NCBI RefSeq assembly: GCF_006345805.1
Contig: NC_043015.1
Span: 52,328,001-52,392,000 of the forward strand
DNA length: 64,000 nt
Reading direction: 5' to 3'
Source of the DNA: Octopus sinensis
Taxonomy: Eukaryota
The notes beneath the pieces were generated by a model. It did no database searches, was not told the DNA's origin, and worked only from the letters and a program-made list of their open reading frames with translations. Numbering within the stretch: position 1 is the first letter of the stretch; each line of letters starts with the position of its first letter. This document shows positions 27,087-41,623 of this stretch, piece by piece. The translations under genes and the position numbers were made by a program.

Positions 27087-27626
27087 GTCCTGGCTACCTT
27101 CAAGTAGAGACGGCACTTTCTGTTGCTCTTTGCCGTTCTCAAAAAATAGCGTTCGTAAAAATTTTATCTCGTTCGGCTTAACAGCCCTTCTTGTTTGTGT
27201 TACTGTTATTCTCCTTGTCCTGTCTTTTACTGTCTTTATTTTGTACTGTCGTTACTGTCCTGTTTTTGTTACCATTTTTACCCCTCCGCAAAAAAATCTC
27301 AAATTTTATTTAATTTGATATTCGCGGGAAGGATTGTTTCATTAAAGTCATGTATAGCCTTGACCCTCGAAACGTGGAGTAAATGAAACAAAGGCGACTG
27401 AAGAAGGGGAATTTTCCTTGTTTTGTATGTCCTGTACTCTATTTTTTCGTTGTTTAAGAAAAATGTCCATTTCCTTGGTTTTGTGTTTATGTTTTCGTTT
27501 CTCATTGTGTTCGACGTTTTTCTTTGGTGTCCTGTACCCATATATGCATGTATATATACATGTAGAGGTAGGTACGTACATATATGTATGTATATATGCA
27601 TATTTTTTATTTATTTATTAATTTTT

Positions 27627-27667
<41 letters not shown>

Positions 27668-27738
27668 ATATATATATATAAAAGAAATATTAAAATTACT
27701 AAGTCTCTCTAAAAGAAACAACGGCAGCTTTCCCGGAA

Positions 27739-28121
27739 AATATTAGTTATCGCCATACTAATATGGCATTCTTATAAAAAAGAATAAAGCTGACCGCTTA
27801 TTAGCTCCATGAGGCCATCGCCTTAAGTTAGCTATTTGATACACAAACTGTATCCATATAACCTTTGAACAAGGGAGGTCAGTCGCTCCACACTACTTGG
27901 CCGGCAGCTACAGACGCGTTCGGGGTATTGCCCCTTTTCAATGCAGCGTAGCTGCCGGCCAAGTAGTGTGGAGCGACTGACCTCCCTTGTTCAAGGTTAT
28001 ATGGATACAGTTTGTGTATCAAATAGCTAACTTAAGGCGATGGCCTCATGGAGCTAATAAGCGGTCAGCTTTATTCTTATTTTTATAAGAATGCCATATT
28101 AGTATGGCGATAACTAATATT
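27739..28121. repeat. Near-perfect inverted repeat, arms 173/174 bp, 36-bp spacer
   Basis: 27739-27911 is the reverse complement of 27948-28121 apart from two 1-nt indel-type differences. Confidence 0.97.
27907..27947 (-). ncRNA. Candidate minimal type-I hammerhead ribozyme (U3-A8 variant)
   Basis: Minus strand GCUGCA-UUGAAAA-GGGG-CAAUA-CCCC-GAAC-GCGUC-UGUAGC: stems I and II pair, (A)CGCGU palindrome, GUC site; one core A is missing. Confidence 0.65.
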
Positions 28122-28889
28122 ATATATATATATATATACATATATACATATAAATATATATACATATATTTATCTCTGTGTGTGTGTCTGTCTTTGTGTT
28201 TGTCTTCCACCGTCGCTAGACAACTTAACGGTTCGACAAATGTCTCCGATAGAATATGTACCAGGCTTAAAAATTATAGAAGTAATGGGGCCAATTCTTT
28301 TGATTAAAAATACTCCAAGGCGACGTCCCAGCATGACCGAAGTTTTTTGACTGAAACAAATAAAAGATAAAAGATTCATTAAAAAAATTTTTTTTCTTTG
28401 TTACGTTTTGAAATGTCTGTAAAATTGAAAAGGAGGAGTTTTGTGATTTAAATTAACCCAAACCTATGTTTAGTCCTTGTTTATTGATCCTAGAACGATG
28501 AAAAACACAAGTTGTAAACCCATCTTGTGGGATTTCAATTCAAATAAAAATAAAATGTTTGAAATTTAAATTGTAAGAATTAATTTAAATTATTTCCTGA
28601 AAGTATTTAAAAAATTTTTTGAGGTTTTTCCATTTTTTTTTTTTTTGTTTTCGCATTTATGCAGTCACAGAATGCTTACTTCTTCGTCTCTCATGTCCTT
28701 TTGTCTTGATGCCATTTGACCAATTCTGAGAAAATGCTTTGCAAATTTAACAAATTAAAAATTTACAAGAAACGGAATACAATAAATTAATAAAATCAAA
28801 TAAATTAAAATAAAATAAAATAAATTAAAATAAAATAAAATAAAATAAATTGCTTGCTCCCCTCCACACACACACACACATACACACAC

Positions 28890-28932
<43 letters not shown>

Positions 28933-29428
28933 CACACACACACACATCTATAGGTCTGAAATTAATATTCCCAACACAACAGCTCCTCCGTCGACAACGC
29001 TCATTATTTCAATTAGATAATATACTAACAGCGCTGGCAAATTACTTCGTGTCAGTATTTGGCTTTCCTTTTCTCTTAGAAGTAATCCTGGAGGTAATGG
29101 GGAGAGTCGTGAAGGTCGTGGGGGAGAGTTTGTGGTGGTGGTGGTGGTGGTGGTGGTGCTGCTGTTGGTAATGGTCGTTGTGGTGGTCGTCGTAATTTAC
29201 GAGTGGTGTTGATAGTAATAGCAGTGGTTGTTCTAGTGGTAGTGGTTTTGGAGATAGTGGTAGCAGTGGTGGTGGTAGTAGTAGTAGGTGTTGCGGTGAT
29301 AGTAGTGGTAGTAATTGGGTAGTGTTGGTAGTGGTGGTGGTAGAAATTGAAGTAGTAGTAGTAGTAGTGGTGGTGGTTTGGGAGATGGTGGTAGTATACT
29401 ACTACTACTACTACTACTACTATACTAC

Positions 29429-29468
<40 letters not shown>

Positions 29469-29810
29469 TGTAGTTGTAGTAGCAGCAGCAGCAGTAGTAG
29501 TAGTAGTAATGGTGATAGTTGTAGTAGTTGAAATGGTGGTGGTTGTAGTAGAAGTGGTAGACAGTGATGGCGATGGTTGTGATGGATAATCATAACGATA
29601 AAAGAACCACCAAACTCCGCCAGTAAAGAAAATAACCCTTTATGTTTGTTGTTTTTTTTTTGCTATTTTAATCAATATTTGTAATAGCTTCCGGTAGGGG
29701 CTTCAGGCTTTCCCATCCTTCACCCGCCTCCCCCACCACATATACATATCCCATTGCAACATGGGATATACTTGGTGTGTGTGAGTATGCCTGCTTTTCG
29801 TGTATGCGTG

Positions 29811-29843
<33 letters not shown>

Positions 29844-29960
29844 TATATATACATATTCACATATACAGATATATAGTTTTCATGAATGTATACACATGCA
29901 AATACTTGTACTGTGTATATACCAAATAATTATGATATTTATTACACACACGCATGTATG

Positions 29961-30004
<44 letters not shown>

Positions 30005-30849
30005 CGGTATTGGATGAAAAATCTGCGTGTTGGTCACGTGAGACGACCTTCAAAAGATGGCCTTTTAAATCTAGTTTCTTCTTCCGGTCGAAACGGTTAA
30101 TACAAGAGTTATTTGACAGCAATTCTTGTGCGTGCGTTCGTGCGTGTGTGTGCGTGTGTGTGCATGCGTGTGTGTATGTGTGTGTGTGTGTGTGTGTCTG
30201 TGTGTGCATGCGTGTGTGTGCATGCGTGTGTGTGTGTGTGGCATGCGTGTGTGTGTGTGTGGTGTGTGTATGTGTGTAAGAAAGAAGATGGAAAGCATAT
30301 AGTCTACTGTGATGAATGTTTATATAAAGAAAAACCGGCTGAGGATAAGAGAAAAACCTATTCGAGAAGGTCAGAGCAATCTAACTGCAATCTTAATATT
30401 ACAACAATATCCTCTACTTTACAGTGCGAATGTTTTAATATATGTAATAGCTAGTTTGCTATCTCTACGTGTTCTCTCTGGCGTGGCGGTGGCAGCGGCG
30501 GCAGAGACGACGTATGAATGTGGCGGTGTTGATGGCGGTGGTATTTGGCGGTTTGACATATGCCAGACACGAGCTGGCTGCTGAGTAGAAAAGAATTTAA
30601 GTCATATTACAAGTGTGATTGATAGAAGCAAAACAAGCTCACAGCAATTTAGAAACAAACGGCGTTTTTATTCATATATTTTTTTCTTTATCGTTCTTAC
30701 CAAAGGTCACACGCATTCCCAATTGAGTTTCTTCATTGAATTCCTCAAATTTTGTACTTCGATCTCATAGTTATCTCCCTTGTTTTATTTGGACAGAATA
30801 AATTATTAAAGCTAATGATATTTACTCTCCTCTCTTCGCGCTTAATTTC

Positions 30850-31225
30850 AATTATCTTTTATCTTTTATTTGTTTCAGTTATTAGACAGCGGCCATGCTG
30901 AAGCAGCGCCTAGAAGAATTTTTAGTTGAGTAAGTCGACCCCTGTACCTTTTTTTTCAAGCCTGGTATTTATTCTATCGAGTTTTTTTTTTACAGAACCA
31001 CTAAGAGGCTGTAAACACTAACATCGATTGTCAAATGGTGGTGAGAACATACACTTACACACACACACACACACACACATATATATGATGGGCTTCTTTC
31101 ATTTTCCGTCTACCAAATCCACCCACCCGTGATTATAGAAAACACTTGCCCAGAGCGCCATACAGTAGGATTGAACCCGGAACCAAATGGCTGAGAAGCA
31201 AACTTCTTCCCATACGGCCCCACCA
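30850..31225 (-). mobile_element. SINE S2 copy
   Basis: S2 tail, (CA)n and head motifs. Confidence 0.8.
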
Positions 31226-33659
31226 GGGCCTATCTTTTACCTTTTAGTTTTTATTTGTTTTATTCATTTGACTGTGGTCCACGCAGATTTCATCTATCAA
31301 AACTCAGTCACAAGAGATCCGTTGATCGAGTCTTTAGTAAAAATCATTTGCTGCCCAAGATGACGCACGGTGGGACTGAACTCGAAACCTTTTGGCTACA
31401 AAGCGAGATTCTTAACGATACAGTCATGCCTTTAATCTTAGTTCATTTCATTAAGTATTGTATGTCAAGCCTAACACAACACACCTGCATTTTGGCTACC
31501 TATTTAGCTGTACTGTTAGATACGAATCCTTACCTTAACCTTAAACATATCCTTATTTTATTTTGTGACGTTGCAAATATATACTGAAAGAAATTTATGG
31601 TTCCTAAGTACATTCTACAGAAATAGGCAGAAACGGTCTTTGAGATTTCAATGTTTTGATCATGGTTTAATTTAACGGCTTGTGACACGGTTCATTATGC
31701 AGGCTTCAGAACGCGACCCCCTAGATCTCTGTGTAGCTGGTCGATCAACCAATCAAGAATTGATCTGCACTTGCACAGCGTTACATGATTAAGAGGAATT
31801 TCGTAGGTTTGTAGCGTTGCTTTCAACTTTTGTAATAAGTAATATTTTGAAATAAATAGCATCGCCCTCTACGAGTTTCATAAGGCAAAGACAATCCACT
31901 GAGTTTTAGACAACCAGCCATTAACAAACAAGCTACCACGCACTACCGCCGCTATCATTACCATCTCCGATACCCTCACCATCTATTACCATCATCGACG
32001 CCATCACAATCATCGTATTTCCGGACCAAGCTAAAAACAGCATCAATTACGCCATTACAGTTTAAATTCTCGTTTGCTATACTTCTCCTCACTCCGCTTC
32101 ATTACAAGCGTTCTCAATCTGATGTTACTTCATCGCAGATATTTTCAAATAGTTAAGGACGTTTCTGTTTAATAGGATTTCACGGTAAATCCTATTTCGA
32201 GAAAGATGTTAACGAAAATGAGATATTTCCGAGCGGCAAACTGATAACCAGCTGGATATCAACTAGTTTAGCGTTCACTCCAATAATGGAATGTTAATGA
32301 ATCGATTCATAAATGTTGCCGATACTTTCGCTTCTCTTGGAGTTTTAATGGGAATTTGTAAATAAATGACTTTAGCATTTATTAAATAAATTAAAACGGA
32401 TGGTATTCCTCGAATTCGATAACAGAAAATATTGGTTTCTTCTGGTTCCTATACAGAACTTTCCATACATTAGACGAAAGATAAATGCCAACCAAACATT
32501 CTTTGCATTTTTCCCAAAAACGTTTTGAAGCAAATGTAACATGATATTCGCTTTGACATGGAATTGAACCTGGTATCACGAATTCTGTATTTTAAACGGT
32601 TAGGAGGACGAAAATCGAGTTTCTTTATACTGAGGTGTTATTGATTATTGATACATTTTTGAGCTATGAATAGCAGACTCGGCAGAGCACCACATAAATG
32701 CTTGGTTGTATTAATATCTTAATATTTACCAGCAAGCATTTCTTTGGAATTCAACATTCGATCTCCTGCAGTTGTTGTTGATGCTTCTTTTCCTTCCTAC
32801 GTAGATAAAATGAAATCTATTGAAGAAGTGAGAACTGTTAAATAGCTTATATTTCTCCTTAGAATTACTTGTCTCTAACATAGAAGAAGTAGATAAAGCA
32901 TCCACTTATATTGCGAATAGCCGCTCGGCTATCCTATATCAGACACGACGAATTCTTTTTCAGCATTTTGCTGGCAGTTAGTACGTGCCATTGAAAAAGC
33001 TCAAAAATAGCAAAATGCATCTAGTGCTTTCAATGGGTACTACTGGGACGTATTTTCGTCTCTTTCTGTCATATTTATTGAGCTTTTAACACAGCAAGTC
33101 CATAAGAGATGTTATTTCGGAGCAAATACTGCAGTAACTGGCCTATTAACTGTGTTGCATTAAGAAATATACACAGATAATTATTTCAGTTATTTACTGC
33201 TTCAATTATATATATCGGATTATTAATCAGCCGAGCAGCTATTCGCAAAATTAGTGAATGTTTTATCTTATTTTTCCCTATATCACATACGATTAATTCT
33301 GGTCAGAGTTTCTGCTGGTGGCGAATACGCACCATGAAGAGGCCCCAAAATACTGAAATGCATCTGGCGGTCTGACGGATCACTGCTGAAAAAAAAAACA
33401 CAGCAAGTCTTTAAGAGAAGCTATCTCAGGACAAATACAGCAGGATATATAATAGAAGCCGTAATTAATTAAAATAGCTATTTATGTATTATACATAGTT
33501 GGTTAGCCACATACAGAGTTTGTTAGCCACATACCACATACAATCAAATGGAGAATCGTAGAGTAACCTATGCTATATATGCTATATAATGGATGAAAAA
33601 AACGCAACTTGTGCGGAGCTGAAAGATCGCACATATTATATATAATATATATATACACA

Positions 33660-33717
<58 letters not shown>

Positions 33718-33719
33718 GT

Positions 33720-33758
<39 letters not shown>

Positions 33759-33902
33759 TTGTATGCCTGTATCTATGTATCTATGTATGTATGTGTATAT
33801 ACATGTATGTGTATATACATGTATGTGTGTATGTGTGTGTGAATGCATATATATACATATGTATAAGAATATGTAGCATATGTATATATAGAGGAAGGCT
33901 GG

Positions 33903-33949
<47 letters not shown>

Positions 33950-34500
33950 AATCCTTACTACTACAGGCACAAGGCCTGAAATATTGGGGGAAAGGACTAG
34001 TCGATTATATTGACCTCAGTGTCTCACTGGTACTTAATTTATCGATCCCGAAATGATGAAACGCAATATCAACCTCGGCGGAATTTGATCTCAGAACGTA
34101 GCAACGTGTGAAATACCGCTAAGCATTTCGTCCAGCGCGCAAACGATTCTGCCAGCTCACCACCTCAGACAGGTATAATTAATGCAGGTGTGTTAGTCAC
34201 CAAACACCGCCAGAGGTAAATAACTGATTAGAGTCGACGGTACAGTTAATATTCGAAACAAAACAAAATGAATAATGCCATAACAACTACAATAATGGTT
34301 ACGAAGAGAGTAGAAGTCTACATCGAGCACGAATAAATGGCTTGTGATACTGCAGATGTTAGAGAAGAGAAACAAATATGAGCCGTCGTTGCGTTGCTAA
34401 TTAATACTGCAACTAATTACAAAGGCTTAGAACTTCTGCAGCTGGTTGGTATTCCCCTTCTCTCTCTCTCTACTTTTCATTCTTAGCACTCTTCATATAT

Positions 34501-34553
<53 letters not shown>

Positions 34554-34786
34554 AAATATATATATACATATATATATCATATATATATTTTTTAATGATA
34601 TATCTATATATACAACATATACATACACACACGCATGCGTGCGTGTATGTATATATGTATGTATGTATGTGTATATATATATATATATATACAATCAATC
34701 CAAACATGAACAAGCAAGAAAAGATAACAACGCGAGGATGTGGAATAAATACAGTGTATTGGATGCTCAGTATATATACGGTATAT

Positions 34787-34821
<35 letters not shown>

Positions 34822-35264
34822 TATATAGATATATATTGTATATTAATGATATGCATATATATATATGCATACACACACATGTGTGTATACATGTATGTAT
34901 GTATATGATAGATTGATAGTTGTGTATACATACATACATACATACATGCCTGGGCCTCCGTCGGTTACGTCAACAACTATTCCAGTTAATGCGATCAACC
35001 GAATACCCTGCTCGTGAAATTAACGAGCAAGTAGCTGAGTGCTCCACAGACATCGGTACGCTGAACGTAGTTCTCTGGCCGATTCAGCGTGATATAGAGT
35101 GTGACAAGGCTGGTCCACTTTGAATTACTGGTACAAGTCATATTTGCCAGCTAAGCAAACAGGGGGTACGAGAAAGTAAGTGTCTTTCTCAAGGAAACAA
35201 CGCACCTCTGGGAAGCGAACTCACGACCACTAGACATCGAGACACTAAACTACGAACTTCGTGT

Positions 35265-36365
35265 ATTCTTTTGTTCTTTTATTCTTTTATTTGTTTCAGT
35301 CATGTCATTGCGACCATGCTGGAGCACTGCCTTTTTCACTTCAACAAATCAATCCGAGGACTTATTCTTTGTAAGCCTAGTACTTATTCTATCGGTCACT
35401 TTTTGCCGAATCGCTACGCTAAGGGGACCTGTCAAGTGATGATGGAGGACAAACACAGACACACACTTATACATAAATACACGCGTACACACACATACAC
35501 AGATATACGACAGGTTTCTTTTAGTTTCCATCTACCAAATCTATTCTCAGGGACTTGGTCTGCCCAAAGCTATAGTAGAAGACAATTCTCCAAGATGCCA
35601 CGCAGTAGCACTGATCCCCGAACCATGTGGTTGGGAAGCAAGTTTCTTACCACACAGCCGTTCTCCTGTGACTATATGTATACAAAAATCTATATTTGGG
35701 CGTGTTTGCTGGCGGAAATGAAACTTGCAGACTATGTTCAAGTCTAACAACGTTTTAGTTATTTTTTTTTCTTCTACATCATTATAACAAAACTTCTAAT
35801 TGTTTGGGGAATCACGCCGTATTAAGTGCTTAGCGGCACTTCATTCATCTTTATATTCTGAGTTCAAATTCTGTCGAGGTCAAATTTGCCTTTCATCATT
35901 TCGGGGTCGATAAAATAAATCGCATTTGAGAACTGCGAATGACGTAATCGACCATCCCCCTCTCCAATATATCAGGCCTTGTGCCTATAGCAGAAAATAT
36001 TATTATTATTATCATTATTATTATTATTGAGTGAGAGAGTAGTGCATGCCATCAAAGTGACACTGGGGTACAAAGCCCAGTATACCCATCAAGACTACTC
36101 GTCTGATAAAGCAAAGTCGACGTCGAAGGAATTTGAACTCAGAACATAAAGACAGACGAAATACCGCTAAGCATTTCGTACCGGCGTGCTAACGTTTCTG
36201 CCATCTCGTAGGGGCCAGATGTTACCCCAGTGCTCAAGTGGTACTTAATTTATCGACCCCGAAAGGATGAAAGGCAAAGTTGACTCCGGCGGAATTTGAA
36301 CTCAGGCGAAATACCGATAAGCATTTTGCCCGGTGTGCTAACGTTTCTGACAGCTCGCCGCCTTG
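35265..36365. mobile_element. SINE cluster: S2 (35265-35665, -), S1 (35820-35998, +), S1 x2 (36110-36365, -)
   Basis: Family motifs as above. Confidence 0.8.
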
Positions 36366-38731
36366 GAGCCATGGAATATTTGAATTTCCAAATGTACGAA
36401 CTTTGCGATGTTCGACGAATTCTTTCTTATCTAGCATTCTTTTATTATTTTATTCAATTTTTTTTCTCTTTTTGCCTTCTAAGGAATTATTATTTTTTAA
36501 TCTTCTATATGAGTGAAAATATTTCCCTCCGTCTGGCTCCTCTTCTTTCTACGAAACGGAAAGTTACATTGCGGAACAGTTATTTTAACGAGTTGTATTT
36601 ATTTATCACCCGACGAGATAGATCTGCCGCCCCGGATGCTCCTGAATCAGTCATTGAGTGTCCCATCAATGAGGAATCGATGCTAGAGATATGTCGAAAC
36701 AATTGTCGTGATTAATGATAAATTCTTCTATATTCCATCTTCCGTCTTTCATTTGCCATATATATATATATACATGAATTTTTGCGTAATGTATACAAAT
36801 GTATACAGCCTTGGTTTTCTTTATCTCATTACGGAAAATTCATATATATATATATATATGCTTCTTCTTTCAGTTACCGTCGACGAAATCCACTCACAAG
36901 ACTTTGGTCGGCCCGAGGCCATAGCAGAAGACACTTGCCCAAGGTGCCACGCAGTGGGACTGAACTCGGAACTCTGTGGTTGGGAAGCAAGCTTTTTACC
37001 ACACAGCAACGCCTGCGCCTACATGTTAAATGTTTCTTCTCAATGTCCTGGTACAGGAAGTTAGTGGTGGCGCTGAGATCTTTTAGTCTCACGAATATCT
37101 TTCTCCTGGGGCTGATGTTCAAAATGTTTCCAAACTTAATTGTTTCACCAACATGCTGTTCTCTCTTCCCTTCCGCTTTATTCCTCTTCATCTCTATGAA
37201 AATATATCTTATGTGTACGCCTTGAATATACAAAAATTAAACAGATCACTTTTTATTGATGATGATGAGATACAAAGCAGTGGATTAATATATTTTTATC
37301 TTCTTAGACGCGTTATATTCTACTGCGTTGCTCCATAGTGAAGTTTACAAAGAAATATCAACAATATTCTTTTAGCAAACTGTATTTATGAAAAAAAAAT
37401 CATTATATTTTTACATGAAAATTTAATAAACGTTCATCCTTTTGTTGTGGAAATCAGAAATATCCACGCAAAATTACATTAAATTTGTTAGTGAATTTAG
37501 TTGACGGAAAGTGTTTTGAAGCCAGTTATATATATATGTATGTGTGCGAGTGTTTGCGCACGTGTGTGGGTGTGTGTGCGTGTGTAAGTCATCCTCTCTG
37601 TTTGTCCCCACCAGCCCTACCTGACAACCAGTGTTGGTTTGTTTACATACAGTAATTAAGTGATTCGGCAAAAAGACCAAGTACCGTCCAAAGTATTGCT
37701 CCAGCTTGCCAGCAGTCCAGTGACTGACACATGTAGTCTGTAAAAGAAATAAGCAACACACTGCGAATTGTCTGTGTCAGTAATTGCATCGTCTTGCGAC
37801 GAAAACTTCCTATTTTATCAACTGGCCACTTACCATTAACAAATAAGGAAGGCTTGTTTGATTTTATTCTTCTCAGAAAAATCAACCTCAAACCTCCTTT
37901 CTCAAGTAAAAGAATTAAAAGGCAGCAAGCAACAAATTTCTTAAGAACTAATTGTCGATTAAATCGATACCTCTACATAGCAGCTTCTTAGAATTATTAT
38001 TCATCGAAAGATGAATCGAAAGCAAACCGAAACTCTTTGGGATTTGAACTCAAAACATCAAGAATCGGAAGTAAAACAAGGTGTTCTACGACCCTCATCT
38101 TATTCTGCCAATCAAATATATAAGAGAATTATTTGATACAAGGAACAAAAGGCCACAACATAAATTTCTTGGAGTTTGTATGGTGCCGGGGCCATTCTTC
38201 TTCTCCCTACAACTGTGTTTATACTTAAAAATCAAAAAAAGAGCCAGTAATATAGTGAAATCCAATCGGACTTTTTTTACAGCATCTGACTTAGGAAAAT
38301 TGGAATTATGTTCGATCTATCAATAAAATAGATCGTTATTTAACAGAAGGATTAAAAGAGACAGCACTATGTATTGCCTCCTCGACACCTACGTTGGCCT
38401 CCCCCAACAAAAACAAAGAATTTCTAATTATTCATGTATAAACAAACCTGGATATATGCATATTTGTACACAGATATATACATACATACATACACACATA
38501 CATACAGACACAAATACGCAGACACACGCATACATTCACACACATATATACATATATATATATATTCATATATATACACGTATACATCCAAGGATAGATA
38601 GATAGATAAATATCTAAAAGTTTCTAGAGATGTTTATAATATATAAATTCATATATACATCAATACATACAAACATATGTGTCTGTATATATATATATAT
38701 ATTATGTCCTATATTGCTTTTGTGTTCCATT

Positions 38732-38774
<43 letters not shown>

Positions 38775-38786
38775 GAGAGAGGAGAG

Positions 38787-38831
<45 letters not shown>

Positions 38832-39133
38832 TATGTATGTGTGTGTGTATATATAAACATATACATATATATGCATATATATATATATTATATCATATTA
38901 TATTATACATATATATATATATACCCTTCTAAATGAATGTGTATCAGTGAATTATATCATGGATACATATAGATACAAATACATAATTGCGCTATTTTCT
39001 ATATAGTATTTGTGTGTCTGTGTCTGTGTGTATGTTCGTGCGCGTACGTGTGTGTGCCTGTATGTGTGCGTGTGATGGACGGGAGTGGCGTGCCATGGTC
39101 TAGTCTACCATAGTTGATCAGTTTCTGCTCCCA

Positions 39134-39233
39134 NNNNNNNNNNNNNNNNNNNNNNNNNNNNNNNNNNNNNNNNNNNNNNNNNNNNNNNNNNNNNNNNNNN
39201 NNNNNNNNNNNNNNNNNNNNNNNNNNNNNNNNN
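39134..39233. other. Assembly gap (100 N)
   Basis: Run of N. Confidence 1.
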
Positions 39234-39924
39234 CTAATTTAATTATATGTATTTGTCTAAATCTTCTATTATTATATTTATATGTACGTACGTATGTATG
39301 TATGTATGTATGTATGTATGTATGTGTTATGTTTTATTTGTTTCAGTTATTAGACTGTGGCCATGCTAGGACACCACCTTGAAAAATTTTAGTTGAATGA
39401 ATCAACTGCAGTACTTATTGTCTTTTTTAAAACCTGATGTTTATTTTATTGGCCTCTTGTGCTGAACTGCTAACTTAAAGGAATGTAAACACACCAACAC
39501 AGGCTTCTTTCAGTTTCTCTCTACCAAATCCATACACATGGCTTTGGTCAGCTTGAGGCTATAGCAGAAGACACTTGCCAAAGATGGCATACCAGATCTG
39601 GGAAAAAGACAGAATGACCAAGTCAGAAACACCTTTGATATCAGATATGGTGCATCAGGATTGACCTGAGTTTTAAATGACTGCAACTAATATGTGTGTG
39701 CATGCATGCATATATTTTACTCATTTTAGCCATTAGACTGCAACCATCCTAGGGCACCGACTTGGGGAATTTTAGTCCAGAAGAAAAAAAAAAGAAAAAT
39801 CAATCCCAGTACTTTAAGCCTGTTTACTGATTCTATTGGTCTCTTTTGTTGAACTGCTAAGTTACAGGTACATAAACGCACCAACACAAGTTGTCAAGTG
39901 ATACTAGGAGACTAACACAAACTT

Positions 39925-40660
39925 CACTTTGCTTATAGCTGTCCATCAATGTTGATGACGACGTTGTCCTCTAGGAGTCTTATCCTACATTTTGTGAGTT
40001 GATAGATGTGATAACAGTCCAATCCTGGAATAGCATGTCCTTGAACACAAACGACAAGGGAAGTTGCCCATTATATTGTCGGTGAGTCTGAGATGATGTT
40101 GGCATCTCTTTTCCTCAAATTTCTCACATCAGATTAGTTCAAAGTGTGCAACTCCTTTGTCACAGATGAAGCACCAGGTTTGCCGATTCTGAGCCAAGTG
40201 TGCAAGTTGTGCTGGTTAAATGTTTCAGGAGTTGTAGATAAGCATAAGATGCTCACTGAACCTCTTCTTGGGTGCCCTATGTGGGTAAACACCAGTTGAT
40301 AGCTCTCCAAAGACGACCATCCTAGAAGACGGTGTTCAATGATGGCTTCATTGCTGGAAATTCCTGCTTGCTAGAGAATTTCCATATCTTTCCATGTAAT
40401 GCATAAAATTCATTGGAGACAATGGATGTGAAATGACTCTAGCTTCCTCACATGATGGCAGTATAAGGTTCAGCATTCACAGCCATACAGTAAATTTCAG
40501 ATGACAAAGGCATGATAGCCTCAGATTTCTGTTTAAAAGCATTCGTGTCCAAAGGAGAAAGAGGTAAGGTTGATCCGTCATAGGATGTCATCGTTGACAT
40601 GTCCATTTTGTGATATGACACTGCCTAGGTGGTACCACTGCTGTAGTCTCCTTTAGAGAG
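39925..40660 (-). mobile_element. RTE/BovB-like LINE 3' fragment with C-terminal C2H2 finger, decayed
   Basis: Minus strand: LLYGCEC*TLYCHHVRKLESFHIHCLQ*IL.ITW..., ending GNFPCRLCSRTCYSRIGLLSHLSTHKM*. Confidence 0.85.
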
Positions 40661-40732
40661 ACTTAGAAATAATATTATATATATCATCATCATCATCATT
40701 GTTTAACGTCCATTTTCCATGAGAGAGAGAGA

Positions 40733-40903
40733 GAGTTTACGAAAAAAACAAAAGGCGAAGACAGGTGGTGTACAAAACAAACAGATGTATTAGTATAACG
40801 CTCAGGAATAGAAAAAGTCTTTTACGTTTCGAGCCTATGCTCTTCTGCAAAAAGGGACACAGAAAAAACAAGGAGAGAAAAAAATGTGTGTAGTGGCTAA
40901 CGA

Positions 40904-40905
<2 letters not shown>
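40733..40905 (-). mobile_element. Second copy of the Penelope-terminal-like repeat with hammerhead-like motif
   Basis: Homologous to 7772-7960. Confidence 0.6.
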
Positions 40906-40976
<71 letters not shown>

Positions 40977-41623
40977 AAACTTAACTTCCCGGCACATCTC
41001 CTCCTAGCCAACAAATCGTAGAACCACCAAAAATGGGTGACTTAAAGTTTAGGCGAATGAAAATTGAACTGCGCTATTTCTGTTCCGAAATTCATTTCGC
41101 AAGTGCAAAAATCGATGTGTTTGTTTAGGCCTTATCCCATGCATTGAATAGTGAACTTTACTCAGTCAGCTGTTTGACGTGAACTGTGTTCACCACGCGT
41201 GCAAGCATGCGTAAATTGCATGAAAAATAAAAAATCAAGATATAAAAACAAATCGCCGTAAACATTGTAAAAATTCGGCAAAGCAATGAATTTTCAGGAT
41301 GTAGCCTGGAGGGTTTTTTCGTATTAATCGTTTGGACTTTGTGAATACATACCAATTGTTTTCATAACATTTTTAACGCTTTGAATTAAATGTGACCATT
41401 TTGCGTTGGGTCTGCAGTTTGAATCACTTTAACCAAATTTTAGCAGGCCGGATTTTTGATCATCATGATACATTGCCAGCAACTCCCTAAAACTCCCCTG
41501 AAATCTCCCTTGAGAAATCTATATATATAAAACTCAACTTGTGTGTCTGTGTGTGTGTCTGTGTGTTTAACTTTTGGATCTACCAAGTTTCATTATTAAG
41601 GATGGAAAGTAGCGTGTAGCAAA

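Noticed and set aside
27364-27409. Permuted CCCUC-GAAAC...CUGAAGA-A-GGGG (type-II hammerhead-like)
   Set aside because: Stem I cannot be formed and the immediate site is GUG.
30309-30584. 91-aa ORF with a hydrophobic stretch
   Set aside because: It partly derives from GCG/GGT low-complexity sequence, has no recognisable homology and has no splice support.
33328-33369. UGAAGA...GAAAUGCAUC hammerhead-like string
   Set aside because: C3 is missing and stem II does not pair.
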